From Neodothiora populina (Eukaryota), in NCBI RefSeq assembly GCF_041146345.1, contig NW_027191408.1:62001-126000 (forward strand): DNA of 64,000 nucleotides, read 5' to 3'. Under the pieces are notes generated by a model. The model worked only from the letters and a program-made list of their open reading frames with translations, was not told the DNA's origin and ran no database searches. The position numbers and the translations under genes are program-made. Positions 1 through 10,923 of this stretch are shown here, piece after piece; positions within the stretch are counted from its first letter, which is position 1; each line of letters begins with the position of its first letter.

Positions 1-465
1 GGTTGAGGAGGACACATGATCTGGCTTGTATGCGTGATTAATGCACTGCAATTTGCAATCTACATGTGCCTTAGCTGCATCTGCATAAAGCGAGACACGT
101 GTTTTATATGGACCTTGTGTCCATCTGGATTAGGATGAGCATTTACCGACAGGACTAAGTCCAGCGCTTGCAACAATAATGCTTGAAATGTCAAACATCA
201 ATGGCCACGAGTCGGAGTAATATCTGTATGCCATGTAAGCTCACTCCAGAGACAATTAAATTATAAGCTCGAGAATGTGACGTCAAGTGAATATCACCAC
301 TCACAGCAACGTGAGGTACTGTGGTAAGGTAGGCATTATTGCTTGTTCTCGTCTCATTCTTGTTTCTCAATTCGCTTTCATTATCATCTTTACAGACATT
401 ACATCTGGACTTAACAGGATTACTGATACTGACCGGATTGAACATCTACCCTCGTTTCTGTCATC

Positions 466-1361
466 ATGCATCCATCTGGACTTGCCATTCTTCTCGGTGC
501 TGGACCAAACACTGTGCGTCTGTAATATATATGCATTCAATATCGAAGGTGATTGTGAAAAGGCGCGACTGATGCTGCATGACTTCTAGGGCACCGGCAT
601 TGCCAGAGTTCTCGCTCATCCCTCCCATGGTAATATGGCGGTCGCGCTTTTGGCGCGTCGACCGGAGTCACTCAAGGGCGTTGCCGACTCGCTTCGCGCC
701 TTCACGCCCGATGCAGTGATCGAGACGTTCCCTACCGACACATCGCCTAACGCACTGAAGAAAGCCTTCTCTGACATCCGACAGCACGAGTCTTTCCGCG
801 ACTTGAAGTTGCGGGTGGCGATCTACAGTGTCAAGCATTCGTCCAAGAAGCCTTTCCTCGATGAGACCTACGGCGAGTTCACCGAGTCTCTTGAGACGTA
901 CGTCGGGGGTGCATTCACCTTCGCTCAAGAGTCGATCAAGCGCTTCTTCGCCGATCATGGTGAGGAGGGGCTTGACGCTGGAGCCGAGAAGAAGGGCACG
1001 TTGATCTTCACTGGTACCCTTGGTCAGTCACAAACCAAGCATTGCACTGCGTGATCTGCCGCTCGGCTGACTGTGTCTAGGTGCGCTAAGATGCAATGCA
1101 GAGTATGCGGCGTATGGCGCTGGGAGGGCATCGGTGCGCCAATTGGCTCAGACGCTGGCGCGGGAGATGTCTGCCAAAGGCATCCATGTGGTACACACCA
1201 TTGCAAATGGCAGTATTCAGGACGATCAGGGAGAAGATCAGAAGACGGGCAAGAAGATGTCGGCCGATGCGGTAGGTAAGACTTATCTGTGGCTGTCCGA
1301 ACAAGAACCTTGCCTGTGGACTCATGAATTGGATATGAGGCCCGCACAAGAGAAGTTCTAA
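466..1361 (+). CDS. Short-chain dehydrogenase/reductase, 3 exons (466-513, 590-1022, 1081-1361)
   Basis: Splicing two GT-AG introns gives MHPSGLAILLGAGPNTGTGIARVLA (Rossmann Gly motif), then GTLIFTG and YAAYGAGR...QTLAREM...GIHVVH, typical of SDRs. Confidence 0.85.
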
Positions 1362-1686
1362 AGGCGCTCCTGGTGCTTCTCTGCCAATCCCTCGGAGAAG
1401 ACCGGCTTAAGAAGCTTCTGCCTGTCGCAAGTGACGTGTGGTGTAGCAATTAGACATGACCCGAGAACATGGATACAGACTTGTAGTTGCATGGACGGCT
1501 AATCCTCGTCCTAACACATTTCAGATGTGCTTCTATGGCGGTATATGCTGGACGTGCGCTAACAAGCGCGTAAGCACAATCGAGACGCATCTTTTGTCGC
1601 CCGTGTATCTGCACTTAATCATACAGGTACATTCGAAGGAAGAAGGATCATTCAGTCAAAACGACGCCAAGAAGTGGTGAAAGATA

Positions 1687-1758
1687 TGCATTGCATCTAC
1701 TAGTGAACGAGCGTGAAAAGAGCGTGAAATTGCATTGCATCTACTAGTGAACGAGCGT
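1687..1758. repeat. 28-bp direct repeat TGCATTGCATCTACTAGTGAACGAGCGT x2
   Basis: Identical copies at 1687-1714 and 1731-1758. Confidence 0.9.
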
Positions 1759-4753
1759 AAAAGGTAGAAGCGTTGTCAATACCGAAATCAATATGCCACC
1801 CCGGCAGAGCTTGGTCCGTGAGGGCCTAGCTGTTTGATATCTCGCTGATAGCCACAATGCTTCCCCTTCCGATTTGTTTTCGTGCAACGTTCAGAACCAC
1901 GAATGGCCTCCCAATGGATCGTAATCCATCACCAATTGGTATATACAGCTCCTCTTCTAACGCTCAGTAGAGGGAGTCTGAGCCTTGCCTTTCTGCTGAG
2001 ACCCATTGCCCTTCCTTTGGTGTGAGTATATATGCTCTAAGACCTCAGAAAATGAGAGATGATAACTAACCGAGTTGACAGCGGCTTTTGGTTTGTATAG
2101 TGGCTTCTCTCGTGGCGAAGGCCTTCCTTTACCCTACAATATGCTCGTCAGATGTGGATGACAGTGGTACTGATTTGGGACGAGAACTCATACCATACAC
2201 TCCCCGCAGGTATCATCAGCCTGTTGGGTCCATTTTCCGCATTCCGCATAATACTTGCACTGATACTTTGCGTATCCCGCTCTATCAGGGTTCATGGTGA
2301 ATATCGTAGATGTGCTGCGTAGGAATTTGGTGAATCGTTGGGATCAATTGATAGCAGAGAATGCAACTTCAGGCTGAGTCGGAGGTGCTCGACGCTTTAT
2401 ATGCTTCCTCATTCCTGTAGAGCCTGTGCAATTGTACTCATGTCAAACCCCATATGCACTCGGATTCCTGATCACATCATGCCACAATGTCTAGTTTGCG
2501 CGGCCACCCAATGGTCAGTAAGGACTGTACACCATTAAAGAGTCGGCCGAACTATGGGCGCGCTCCATTGAGAGGGAAATTGCTGGATGGCGTACGCCAG
2601 TTTCGGACATGTTCCGTAGGCAGCGCCACTGAAGTAGCCTTCGGCCATTTTCTGGCTCAATCTGAGTGTCATCACCAGCGGCGGAGCAGAGCTGCAATGT
2701 ATTGGCGAACAAGCGATATCACAGCGCTTCATAATCACACGGAACTGCGTCAACTGCGTGCGCGAGAGGGGCTCGTTGATCGGACTTTGAGCATGTGCGA
2801 TGTAGAGACTTCGTCCTCGGCCGATACCAAGTTCAGGACCTCGTTCGGATCTCAAAGGTTAAGCAGGATCGGCATATGTCAAGTTCACCGGCGATGAGAA
2901 GCTCCTGGTAGTCGTGTAGAAGGTCTAGGATACTTTGTGAAGTCAGACTTGTGTAGAACGTGGTGATGCCTCTTGCAAGGTATGTTCAGGATCATTCCCT
3001 TGGACGGATGTATTGCTCGAGTGTCTCGCAACACAGCCTGAACCTGTGGCATCACATGCTAAGTTGAGGTCTTGCCTATTATGTTAGCGTTTCACCATCC
3101 ATCAACAAGGAAGTGGGATTATCTGGTGAACAGCAAAAACCCAAGGACTGTGGATTATCACTTCATGTTACCAGGACAAATGCTTGCTTGATCCATCAAG
3201 TTCAAATAGCATGATGTATGGTATAGACCAGTAGACCAGATATGCCAATTTCATTGCAAGAAATCAATTGGTCATCAATTCCCATGGCCAGCATCGTGTT
3301 TTCCTCGGAAAAGGTCCTACAAGCACACGCTTGCTGAACAAGGCACCAGGTAACTAGTCGTCTACGAGCTGTGTCGTGGTATAGCAAGAAATGCAAGAGA
3401 GGATGCCTGTATAAGGGGCTTGGCAATGGCAAAATAATACGAAACTCTTGTGAGACCTGCTGTACCATCTCCAATTTTTTCCAAGAATAGAGATAAAGAG
3501 TACCTCACAACATACTGCACTGTTTGCCTCAAGCTGACTGAGACAACACGATTTTCCGAAGCGCAGAAAATGTTAGTACCATGCGATATCACTTGGCGGA
3601 CGGGCCAACAACGGACACAGAACATCGGAGGATTCTGGTACTGAACTGAATGCGAAGCGTAGACCACGAAGCAATTTGGCTCCATCTGATGATACCCGCT
3701 GCGAGGCCAGAACACGCTGATCGAGGGAGTAAGGTAAGTAAGGTACCTTACCTTACTGTGCGGTAGTGCATGCACGGGACTGCGGGCGAGTCTATTTGGA
3801 GTTTCCGCACGTGTGTGGGGACTCGCTGCAAGCCAATCCTCATAAGTCGACGTGATATGGCGAGATTGACGATTTGCAGGCACAGTAGATTGCAGGAACA
3901 CCAATCATCTCCGAACGATACTCGACATAACAAAACTACCGGTAAAATATAGATACGCGGATTGCGCCATAGTAATGGTGTTATCCAGTACGAGAGTAGT
4001 GGGTGGAAAAGAAACTTCTAATCCATTACTTCCCGAGTCTACGCAGGCTTTGGAGAGATCAGAGATAGATGAGTTGCATTGATCCCGCAATCAAGGGTCC
4101 ACGACGCCTAATAAGGTCTCATTCGGTGTGACCGGACGGCAGTGCCCGGTGTAACCACCGTTGGAGGCACTACGCGTAGATGATTGGCTCAGAAAGATCC
4201 TTATCGCCGATAGGATGTCGCCTCACCACTAGCAGGACTAACAGGACTAACAGAGCTAGCAGGGTGGAGTAATTCAGATACGGTAGAAGCGTGGGGTGGT
4301 GCATGTGCCCGTCGGCGCTGGCTCCACTCGACAAGTCGTTTTTCAAGCCACCGAATCAATGGCAGGCACAAGCAAAATTAAGCACTTTATGCCTGACCTC
4401 AGGTGCATCTCGGCTGTGGTATGACGGAAAAACCAAGCTCGTGCACCGAGGCTTCGGTTGTTCGTATTCATGGCTTTCCTATCCTGCCTGTGCGACTTGC
4501 ATGCTAAGTGAGATAGCGTTCGGGTGCCTCAACCATCTCCGCATTGTTGCCAACCGCCTTTAGATGCTTGTTTCCGCAACTTTATCCACTGGTTCGCACA
4601 CTACCCGCCCACTTTCCCTCTTGCCCATTGCTGTTTCACCGTGTCCTGCCAGTAGCTTTCCAATTGGCATCTCTGTCTGCCTACACCTTCTCTATCAGGC
4701 CACTCGATTGTGATCCTTCTACTTGGCTCTGATACCCTCGAGTATATGCAAAC

Positions 4754-7348
4754 ATGACGGCAGATGGCATGCACGCGGCGCCTCACGCGGCCGAGGCGAA
4801 TGGTTCTGCTGCCCCCAAGAAACGGAGAAGAAGGGCAGGAGCAACTGGTGCTGCAGAGGATTGTTTTTCGTGTAGAAATCGCCAGACCAAATGTGATCGT
4901 CGGCGACCGTATTGTGGACAATGTCTGGAAGTCGGAAAGGATTGTTCTGGCTATAAGACAACATTGACTTGGGGAGTTGGTGTTGCCAGTCGAGGAAAGC
5001 TCCGCGGCCTTTCGTGTCCTGTTGCCAAAGAGACTCCTGATAACGAGACCGAAACCAAGAAGACAGCTCCAGCACCTAGAAGAAAGGCATCGACGTCCAA
5101 GGCTTCCAGGACTCCCAAAGATGTTGTCTTCAAGGCTGGCTACACTGGCGAGTTCTCCGCCACCTTCTCTGCTACTTTTGCTGCTATGAACTCCCCTCCT
5201 CGTCCTGTCCCTCCTCCTTCGTCTTCGTTCCCCAATACTATCAAGACCGAGTTGAGCCACGAGGAACGGCAGCCAATGTCACTTTCACTTCCGCTTCAGC
5301 ATACAAATTGGCACTTCCCTACCGATTATTCTGTCTCATCAAATCATTCGGATCTCCAAGGGCCTGTGTCGACTTCCCTCGACTCGTCACGCAGTGTGCT
5401 TTCTTTTCTTCCAGGCGTAAGCACTCAGCAAGCACGCGTCGATTCGGTCGCTTTTCCCAGCTCAGCTGCTTCGACCAGTGGCTTCAGTGAAAGGGATTAT
5501 GCAGCCTCAATCGATTTTCCAACTTCTCCGATCCATATGCAGTACACGGAAACATTCCCACAGTTCGGACAAAAGCCATTTACTGGATCGGATGTGCAGG
5601 AGTCGGGATTAGATGCTGGCTTGGGAGGGTCGTATTATACCAATCCTGATGATCTTCAGGGTCTTTGTTACAACCAGCCTTCGCAATTCACCCAAGAAGA
5701 CGTGGATGCCGCGTCTCAGTACACCGCGGATTACGAAGCAATGACCAGTCTAAGCTTATCGGGGAGAAACTCGGATCCATCTCCTCTGTTCGATGGCTCA
5801 ATGCATCTTGGAACTTCCCTGCCGCGGTCCCTTAGCTATTCGCAGTTCTTTCATCTGCCATCTCGGATGCAGTACCTCTTGGATTATTACGACAAGCACG
5901 TCTGCTCTGTCCTTGTAGCTTTTGACTCTCCGACGAATCCATATAGACAGCATGTTCTTGATCTTGCGACGCACAATGAGGGCTTGCAGAATGCTATCGC
6001 TGCACTCGCCATCAACAACATGCGTATGCGGAAACATGAGCGGTCTCCAGTAGCTTTAATCGAAGATCAGTCGGACAGCCAGCGGCGCAGGGGATCTGCG
6101 AAGTATACAGCGCCGTCGAGGCCAAGCCCGGAGGAGACGTGTTACAAGACCGTGTCAATCACACAATTGCAGATGCAGTTGGCAGATCCGCGGAATGCCC
6201 AGGATGATTCTATCCTCGCCACATTGTTGATTCTCTGCCTTTTCCATGTGTGTGATTCAGGGTTCTCCAAGTTCAAGACACAGCTCGAAGGGGTGCAGAG
6301 ATTACTATCGATGCGCAATCCGAACGTCAGAACTGGTTTCATCGGCTGGGTCGAGATGTTCTTTACGTGGTTCGATGTCATGACCTCGACGGTGAACGAT
6401 CGAGAAACGGCAATCCGCGGCGATAACCTGGACATGATGCAGTATTCGTCGAATCTCGGCGCATTGGAGCAGTTTTCTGGTTGCGACGGCCGATTGTTCA
6501 AATTAATAGCCCGACTTGGTCGCCTGAATCTCTTGTCGCAAAACAGACGGGTGCGGTCGCATGCTGAGGATCGTCGCAGTTCCGGCCCGCAACCGCCGCC
6601 ATTCAGATATCCATCTTTCGATTCCAGCAGAAGGCAGAGGATCAACAAGCTAGATCCGATGGGTTATACCAAACTAGACGGTAATGGCTGGGCCATGCCG
6701 ATCATAACTTCATCGGATCAGATTGATAGCCCAACAGGGGATGATAAGCAAGGCCAAGATCCCGACTCCCGACACGAGTTCTGGTCTGAGTGGAATGATC
6801 TTCGAGCCCGGCTGCGGTCCTGGACTATGAACGAGGACGCGGCTGATCAAGATATTTCTGCCATTCATATGGAACCGGAGCAGCGGGAAATGTGCCACAT
6901 CAATGAGATGTTCCGATCGTCGGCGCTGCTGTACACGGAGCGCTTAGCGTATCCGCACCTACCATCTTCATCCCAAAGATTCCAGGTGTTTGTCCGCGAC
7001 GCGCTTATGCACATCACGTCGATACCTGTCAACTCATGCGTGAACAAGTTTCTATTATGGCCTCTCTTCATCGCAGGCACCGAGTGTGTCGACGCCAACG
7101 ATCGTGCTCATGTTCGCGAAAGATGCATCGAGATACAACGGGAGAGTGGTTTCTATAACAACATCTCTGTCCTAGACGTCCTCGAGCGTGTATGGGCTGA
7201 TCAGAGCGCCGACGCCGCCGAAGGTGGCGATTTGGAGGAAGCTCAACGGCGACGAAAGGACAGTACAGAGGGTAACGGCGGTTTCGGCCAGGCTTTCAGG
7301 TGGAGGAAAGCAATGGACAAAGTAGATGGAGAATATATCATTGTTTGA
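4754..7348 (+). CDS. acr-2: Zn(II)2Cys6 transcription factor with C-terminal fungal-specific TF domain, acriflavine-sensitivity control protein ACR-2-like
   Basis: 864-aa intronless ORF; CFSCRNRQTKCDRRRPYCGQCLEVGKDC cluster followed by TLTWGVGVASRGKLRG; C-terminal LLWPLFIAGTEC. Orthology is from recall. Confidence 0.8.
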   Translation: MTADGMHAAPHAAEANGSAAPKKRRRRAGATGAAEDCFSCRNRQTKCDRRRPYCGQCLEVGKDCSGYKTTLTWGVGVASRGKLRGLSCPVAKETPDNETETKKTAPAPRRKASTSKASRTPKDVVFKAGYTGEFSATFSATFAAMNSPPRPVPPPSSSFPNTIKTELSHEERQPMSLSLPLQHTNWHFPTDYSVSSNHSDLQGPVSTSLDSSRSVLSFLPGVSTQQARVDSVAFPSSAASTSGFSERDYAASIDFPTSPIHMQYTETFPQFGQKPFTGSDVQESGLDAGLGGSYYTNPDDLQGLCYNQPSQFTQEDVDAASQYTADYEAMTSLSLSGRNSDPSPLFDGSMHLGTSLPRSLSYSQFFHLPSRMQYLLDYYDKHVCSVLVAFDSPTNPYRQHVLDLATHNEGLQNAIAALAINNMRMRKHERSPVALIEDQSDSQRRRGSAKYTAPSRPSPEETCYKTVSITQLQMQLADPRNAQDDSILATLLILCLFHVCDSGFSKFKTQLEGVQRLLSMRNPNVRTGFIGWVEMFFTWFDVMTSTVNDRETAIRGDNLDMMQYSSNLGALEQFSGCDGRLFKLIARLGRLNLLSQNRRVRSHAEDRRSSGPQPPPFRYPSFDSSRRQRINKLDPMGYTKLDGNGWAMPIITSSDQIDSPTGDDKQGQDPDSRHEFWSEWNDLRARLRSWTMNEDAADQDISAIHMEPEQREMCHINEMFRSSALLYTERLAYPHLPSSSQRFQVFVRDALMHITSIPVNSCVNKFLLWPLFIAGTECVDANDRAHVRERCIEIQRESGFYNNISVLDVLERVWADQSADAAEGGDLEEAQRRRKDSTEGNGGFGQAFRWRKAMDKVDGEYIIV

Positions 7349-8124
7349 GGGTGAGGGGAGGGCAACTATGGGCAACGAAAAAACGACGCCGGGATCGGAG
7401 CTGGGGAGCATATGGTCTTCCCGTTCCTGTGTGATGGTTCCACAAGAAAAGTTCCTGATGGGCAATGTACTATTAGTCTTTCTTTTTCTCTTACAGCATT
7501 TGAGCAGAACTGTCTTCGCTGTGCGAAGGATATATCATTATTTTCTTCTTATGCTGTGTAATCACTGTCGTGTACAATTTTCTCACGTTTGCGTTGCGAC
7601 GCATTTGCATACATAGACGAGTGCACCTTTGCGAGCAGACCCAGCCCGGTTGTTTTCCCACTAGAACAGTAGATAGTGACCATGACTCGCCAACACATCA
7701 ATCGGCATGACTCACTAACAATAATTACAACTCATCAAAACACCAAAGCAAGGCAAACACAGCGGACAATCTACGAACAGAGGCAACCACAAGAACAACA
7801 ATTACAGACAGTAGAAATGAGACTAGACAAGAAAAGAGCCAAGATAAGAAGCTCACCAGTACCATAACAAGCAAAACTAAGCTACTACGATATCAGGTAC
7901 ACTACTGAGTCCCATCCTTCTGTACCTCAGTCACTAGGCAGGCAGCTAGCGAGAAAAGACGGATATCGTAGAAGCGAGCTAGAACCAAAACTTTCTTCCC
8001 TTTCCTTTCCTTTTCTTCTGTCTTCTTTCTTCGGTCATTCTTCGAACCTTCGAGGCCTCCTTTTGCCTCGACATGTAAACGATAGTACACGGTACGAATA
8101 ATCGAGGGTAGGAAACGTGACTTT

Positions 8125-8435
8125 CTTATCCCGCCCAATAAGCTGCTCGGGCGGGGGGAGAATTGGAGGAGGCCATCTCAAGCCACAAGCCACATGAAAG
8201 GGTAAGACAGTCTAGTAAGCGTACGGTACTGCTGATAAGCTCAGTTGGCCTGCCCTCGTAGCTGGCTGGCTGGAGACAAGGGGAGGAGGGCTAGATTAGC
8301 GAAGCTGGAGGGAACGGATGGGTGGCGCGCGATAAGTTGGTCGAATTGAAATGAGTTGATATGGGACATGGATAAGCTGTATAGATAAAGAGGGCAGTGA
8401 CACCCTTTTTGGATCTATATTTTCTGATGCTTATC
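8125..8435. promoter_or_regulatory. Cluster of GATA (AreA/NIT2-type) sites upstream of the permease
   Basis: CTTATC 8125, GATAAG 8234, 8331, 8371, GATAAA 8384, CTTATC 8430, within about 310 bp upstream of ATG 8638. Confidence 0.6.
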
Positions 8436-8637
8436 TTGTCTGTTTGAATGAATGATTGTCTATTAGACTTACGGTGGGTATATGTTTGTTACTTCGATTT
8501 GACCTGATCCGAAAGTGAAGTACTGGAATTCGTGCATTCGCGCATTCGTGAGAGAGGTTCTATAGTCGTATATTACCACAGTACGTGGATTATTGAGTGA
8601 GCAAGAGAGCGAAACAGAGAATCAAAAGGCGGCAGAT

Positions 8638-10550
8638 ATGAAATTCCCTCTACCGCATTTCTTGCGAGAACCTGTTGGCGGCGAGGACGACGATGAAGAT
8701 GTGCTTGCTGGGCAGGGATATCATCAGTCGCTTAAGAGAGATTGGGTATGTTTTTTCCTCTCTTTTCTTCATCTTCACTTCATTACAGCTGGCAAAAAGG
8801 ACATCTCTGCTATGCACAAGAGTGACAAAACACCGCTATGGATGTCCATACCACGAACCAACATCAGCCCCTTCGAGTAATCAACTAACACAAGCAAACA
8901 AGGGCCTCTTGCATAATTTCGGCGTCTCCTTCTCAATCATCAGTGTAATAACCGGCATAACGACCCTCTTCTCCTACGGGCTCACAACAGGCGGACCAGG
9001 CGTCATGGCCGTAGGCTGGATAATAACCTCCTTCATGACCATGTTCGTCGGGCTCGGCATGGCCGAAGTCGTCTCCGCGCATCCCACCTCCGGCGGCCCC
9101 TATTTCTGGGCCGCGATGCTGGCGCCCAACGATCGCTACGCGGCCTTCTTCTCGTGGATCACGGGCTGGTTTAACTTTCTGGGCCAGGTCGCTGTAACGA
9201 CGGGCATCACGTTTGGGTGCGCAGGACTGATATCGACGCTTGCGACTGTCAAGAGCGGGTTCGAGCCGTCGGCGCCGAAGACGGTGGGCATTTATGCTGC
9301 GTTGTTGGTTTCCCATGGTTTGGTGAATACTTTTGGCGTGCATATCTTGCGCTACCTTAATAATTCGTCCATCATATTGCATAGTCTTGGTGTGGCGGCC
9401 TTTGCGATCGCGGTTGTGGCGGCCGCGCCTACGCATCAGTCTGCGAGATTTGTCTTTGCGACTTTTTATGATGGGACCGGCGCTGACGGGGTCGGGTGGT
9501 CGATGAGGGCGTCGCCGGCGTATGTGGCTTGTGTTGGGATCTTGATGAGTCAGTATACAATCACCGGGTAGGTTTTGCTCCTGATAAAGTCACAGCTGGA
9601 ACCATTTTTGTAACCGACATGATCAACAGGTTCGACGCGTCCGCCCATCTGTCAGAAGAAACGAGAAAAGCATCCTGGTCCGCGCCTCTGGGCGTAATCA
9701 TGTCCATCGGGTGCTCAGCAGTCTATGGATTTTTCCTTCTTCTCTGCCTGCTCTTCTCCATCCAAGACTTCGACAACACCGTTGCCAGCCCCGTGGGTCA
9801 ACCGGTCTTGCAGATCCTGCTCGACATCTTCGGCGAGGACGGAGCCATTGTTCTTTTCACACTTGTCATCATCTGCGTCTGGCACTGCGGCTTGTTTTCG
9901 CTGACGAGTAATTCTCGCATGATGTACGCGTTTGCGCGCGACAGGGGGATCCATCCGTTTTTCGCTCACGTCGACGAGAAGTTCCAGTCGCCTATCCGCA
10001 CGATCTGGTTAGCTGCGTTCCTGGCTTTCTGTCTGTCTCTGCCATCCATCGGATCCTCTGTTGCGTTCTCGGCTGCGACGTCGATTGCGACGATTGGACT
10101 GTACATCTCGTATGGGATTCCGATCCTGGAAGGCTTGATCTGGCCGGCGCATTTTAGAAAAGGCCCCTTCGACCTGGGAGTCATGTCCAAGCCCGTGGCG
10201 TGCGTGGCTGTCACGTGGATATGTTTTATCACTATCATTTTCTGCTTGCCGGAGTTGAATCCGGTGAATAGTCAGAGTGAGTCCTTTTCATTGCTTGTTC
10301 TCAGAAGAAAAGATCAAAAAGGCTGACATGAAGACAAGCACTCAACTACACGCCCGTCGCGGTGGGCATCGTGGCCTTTTTCGCGTTCGGCAGCTGGATC
10401 TGGGCGAGGACGTGGTTCACGGGTCCGATCAGAGAAATCATGGCCGAGGAGGCCGGGATCCCTGTTGCTCAACCTGGGGCGCTCGAGATGGCCGAGGAGG
10501 AAGGCAAGATCCCGCCCGTCAGAACCAGCAGTGGAGATCGTGTAAGCTGA
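8638..10550 (+). CDS. APC-superfamily amino acid/polyamine (GABA permease UGA4/TPO5-like) transporter; introns about 8746-8902, 9569-9629, 10278-10338
   Basis: GYHQSLKRDW|GLLHNFGVSFSII, AEVVSAHPTSGGPYFW, ITGFDASAHLSEET, SRMMYAFARDRG; many hydrophobic helices. Confidence 0.9.
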
Positions 10551-10923
10551 AGTTTCTCTCATCAAGTGGCGTCTTGTATATAAACAAGAGAATACCAGTG
10601 AATTTATTCTGCCTTGTAGTATTTTATGTCACGCTTGCTGTGCGTCACTTTGACTGCGCGTGATATGCCGTGATATGCCACAGACTTGCTGTGCTCTGTC
10701 GCCGTTGTCAATCGCGCGCGCAAGGAACCATTGCTAACGCCATAGCAAGCCAAAGAATCAGCGCGTGACATTAGAAAAGTGAGGTGGGTATCAGACGATT
10801 CTAGAACTACCTCAGATCTGTTGTATCAAAATCTAGCGATTGAGAAAGGGTTAGGCTTGTTTGAAGCCAAGGACATACCTCAGTCTATATAATCTCATCA
10901 TGATCAAACCCCTAGTGTCTTTT

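Noticed and set aside
1687..1758. 28-bp direct repeat as a CRISPR-like unit
   Set aside because: Only two copies, the 16-nt spacer partly repeats the unit, no cas genes, eukaryotic context; a simple local duplication.
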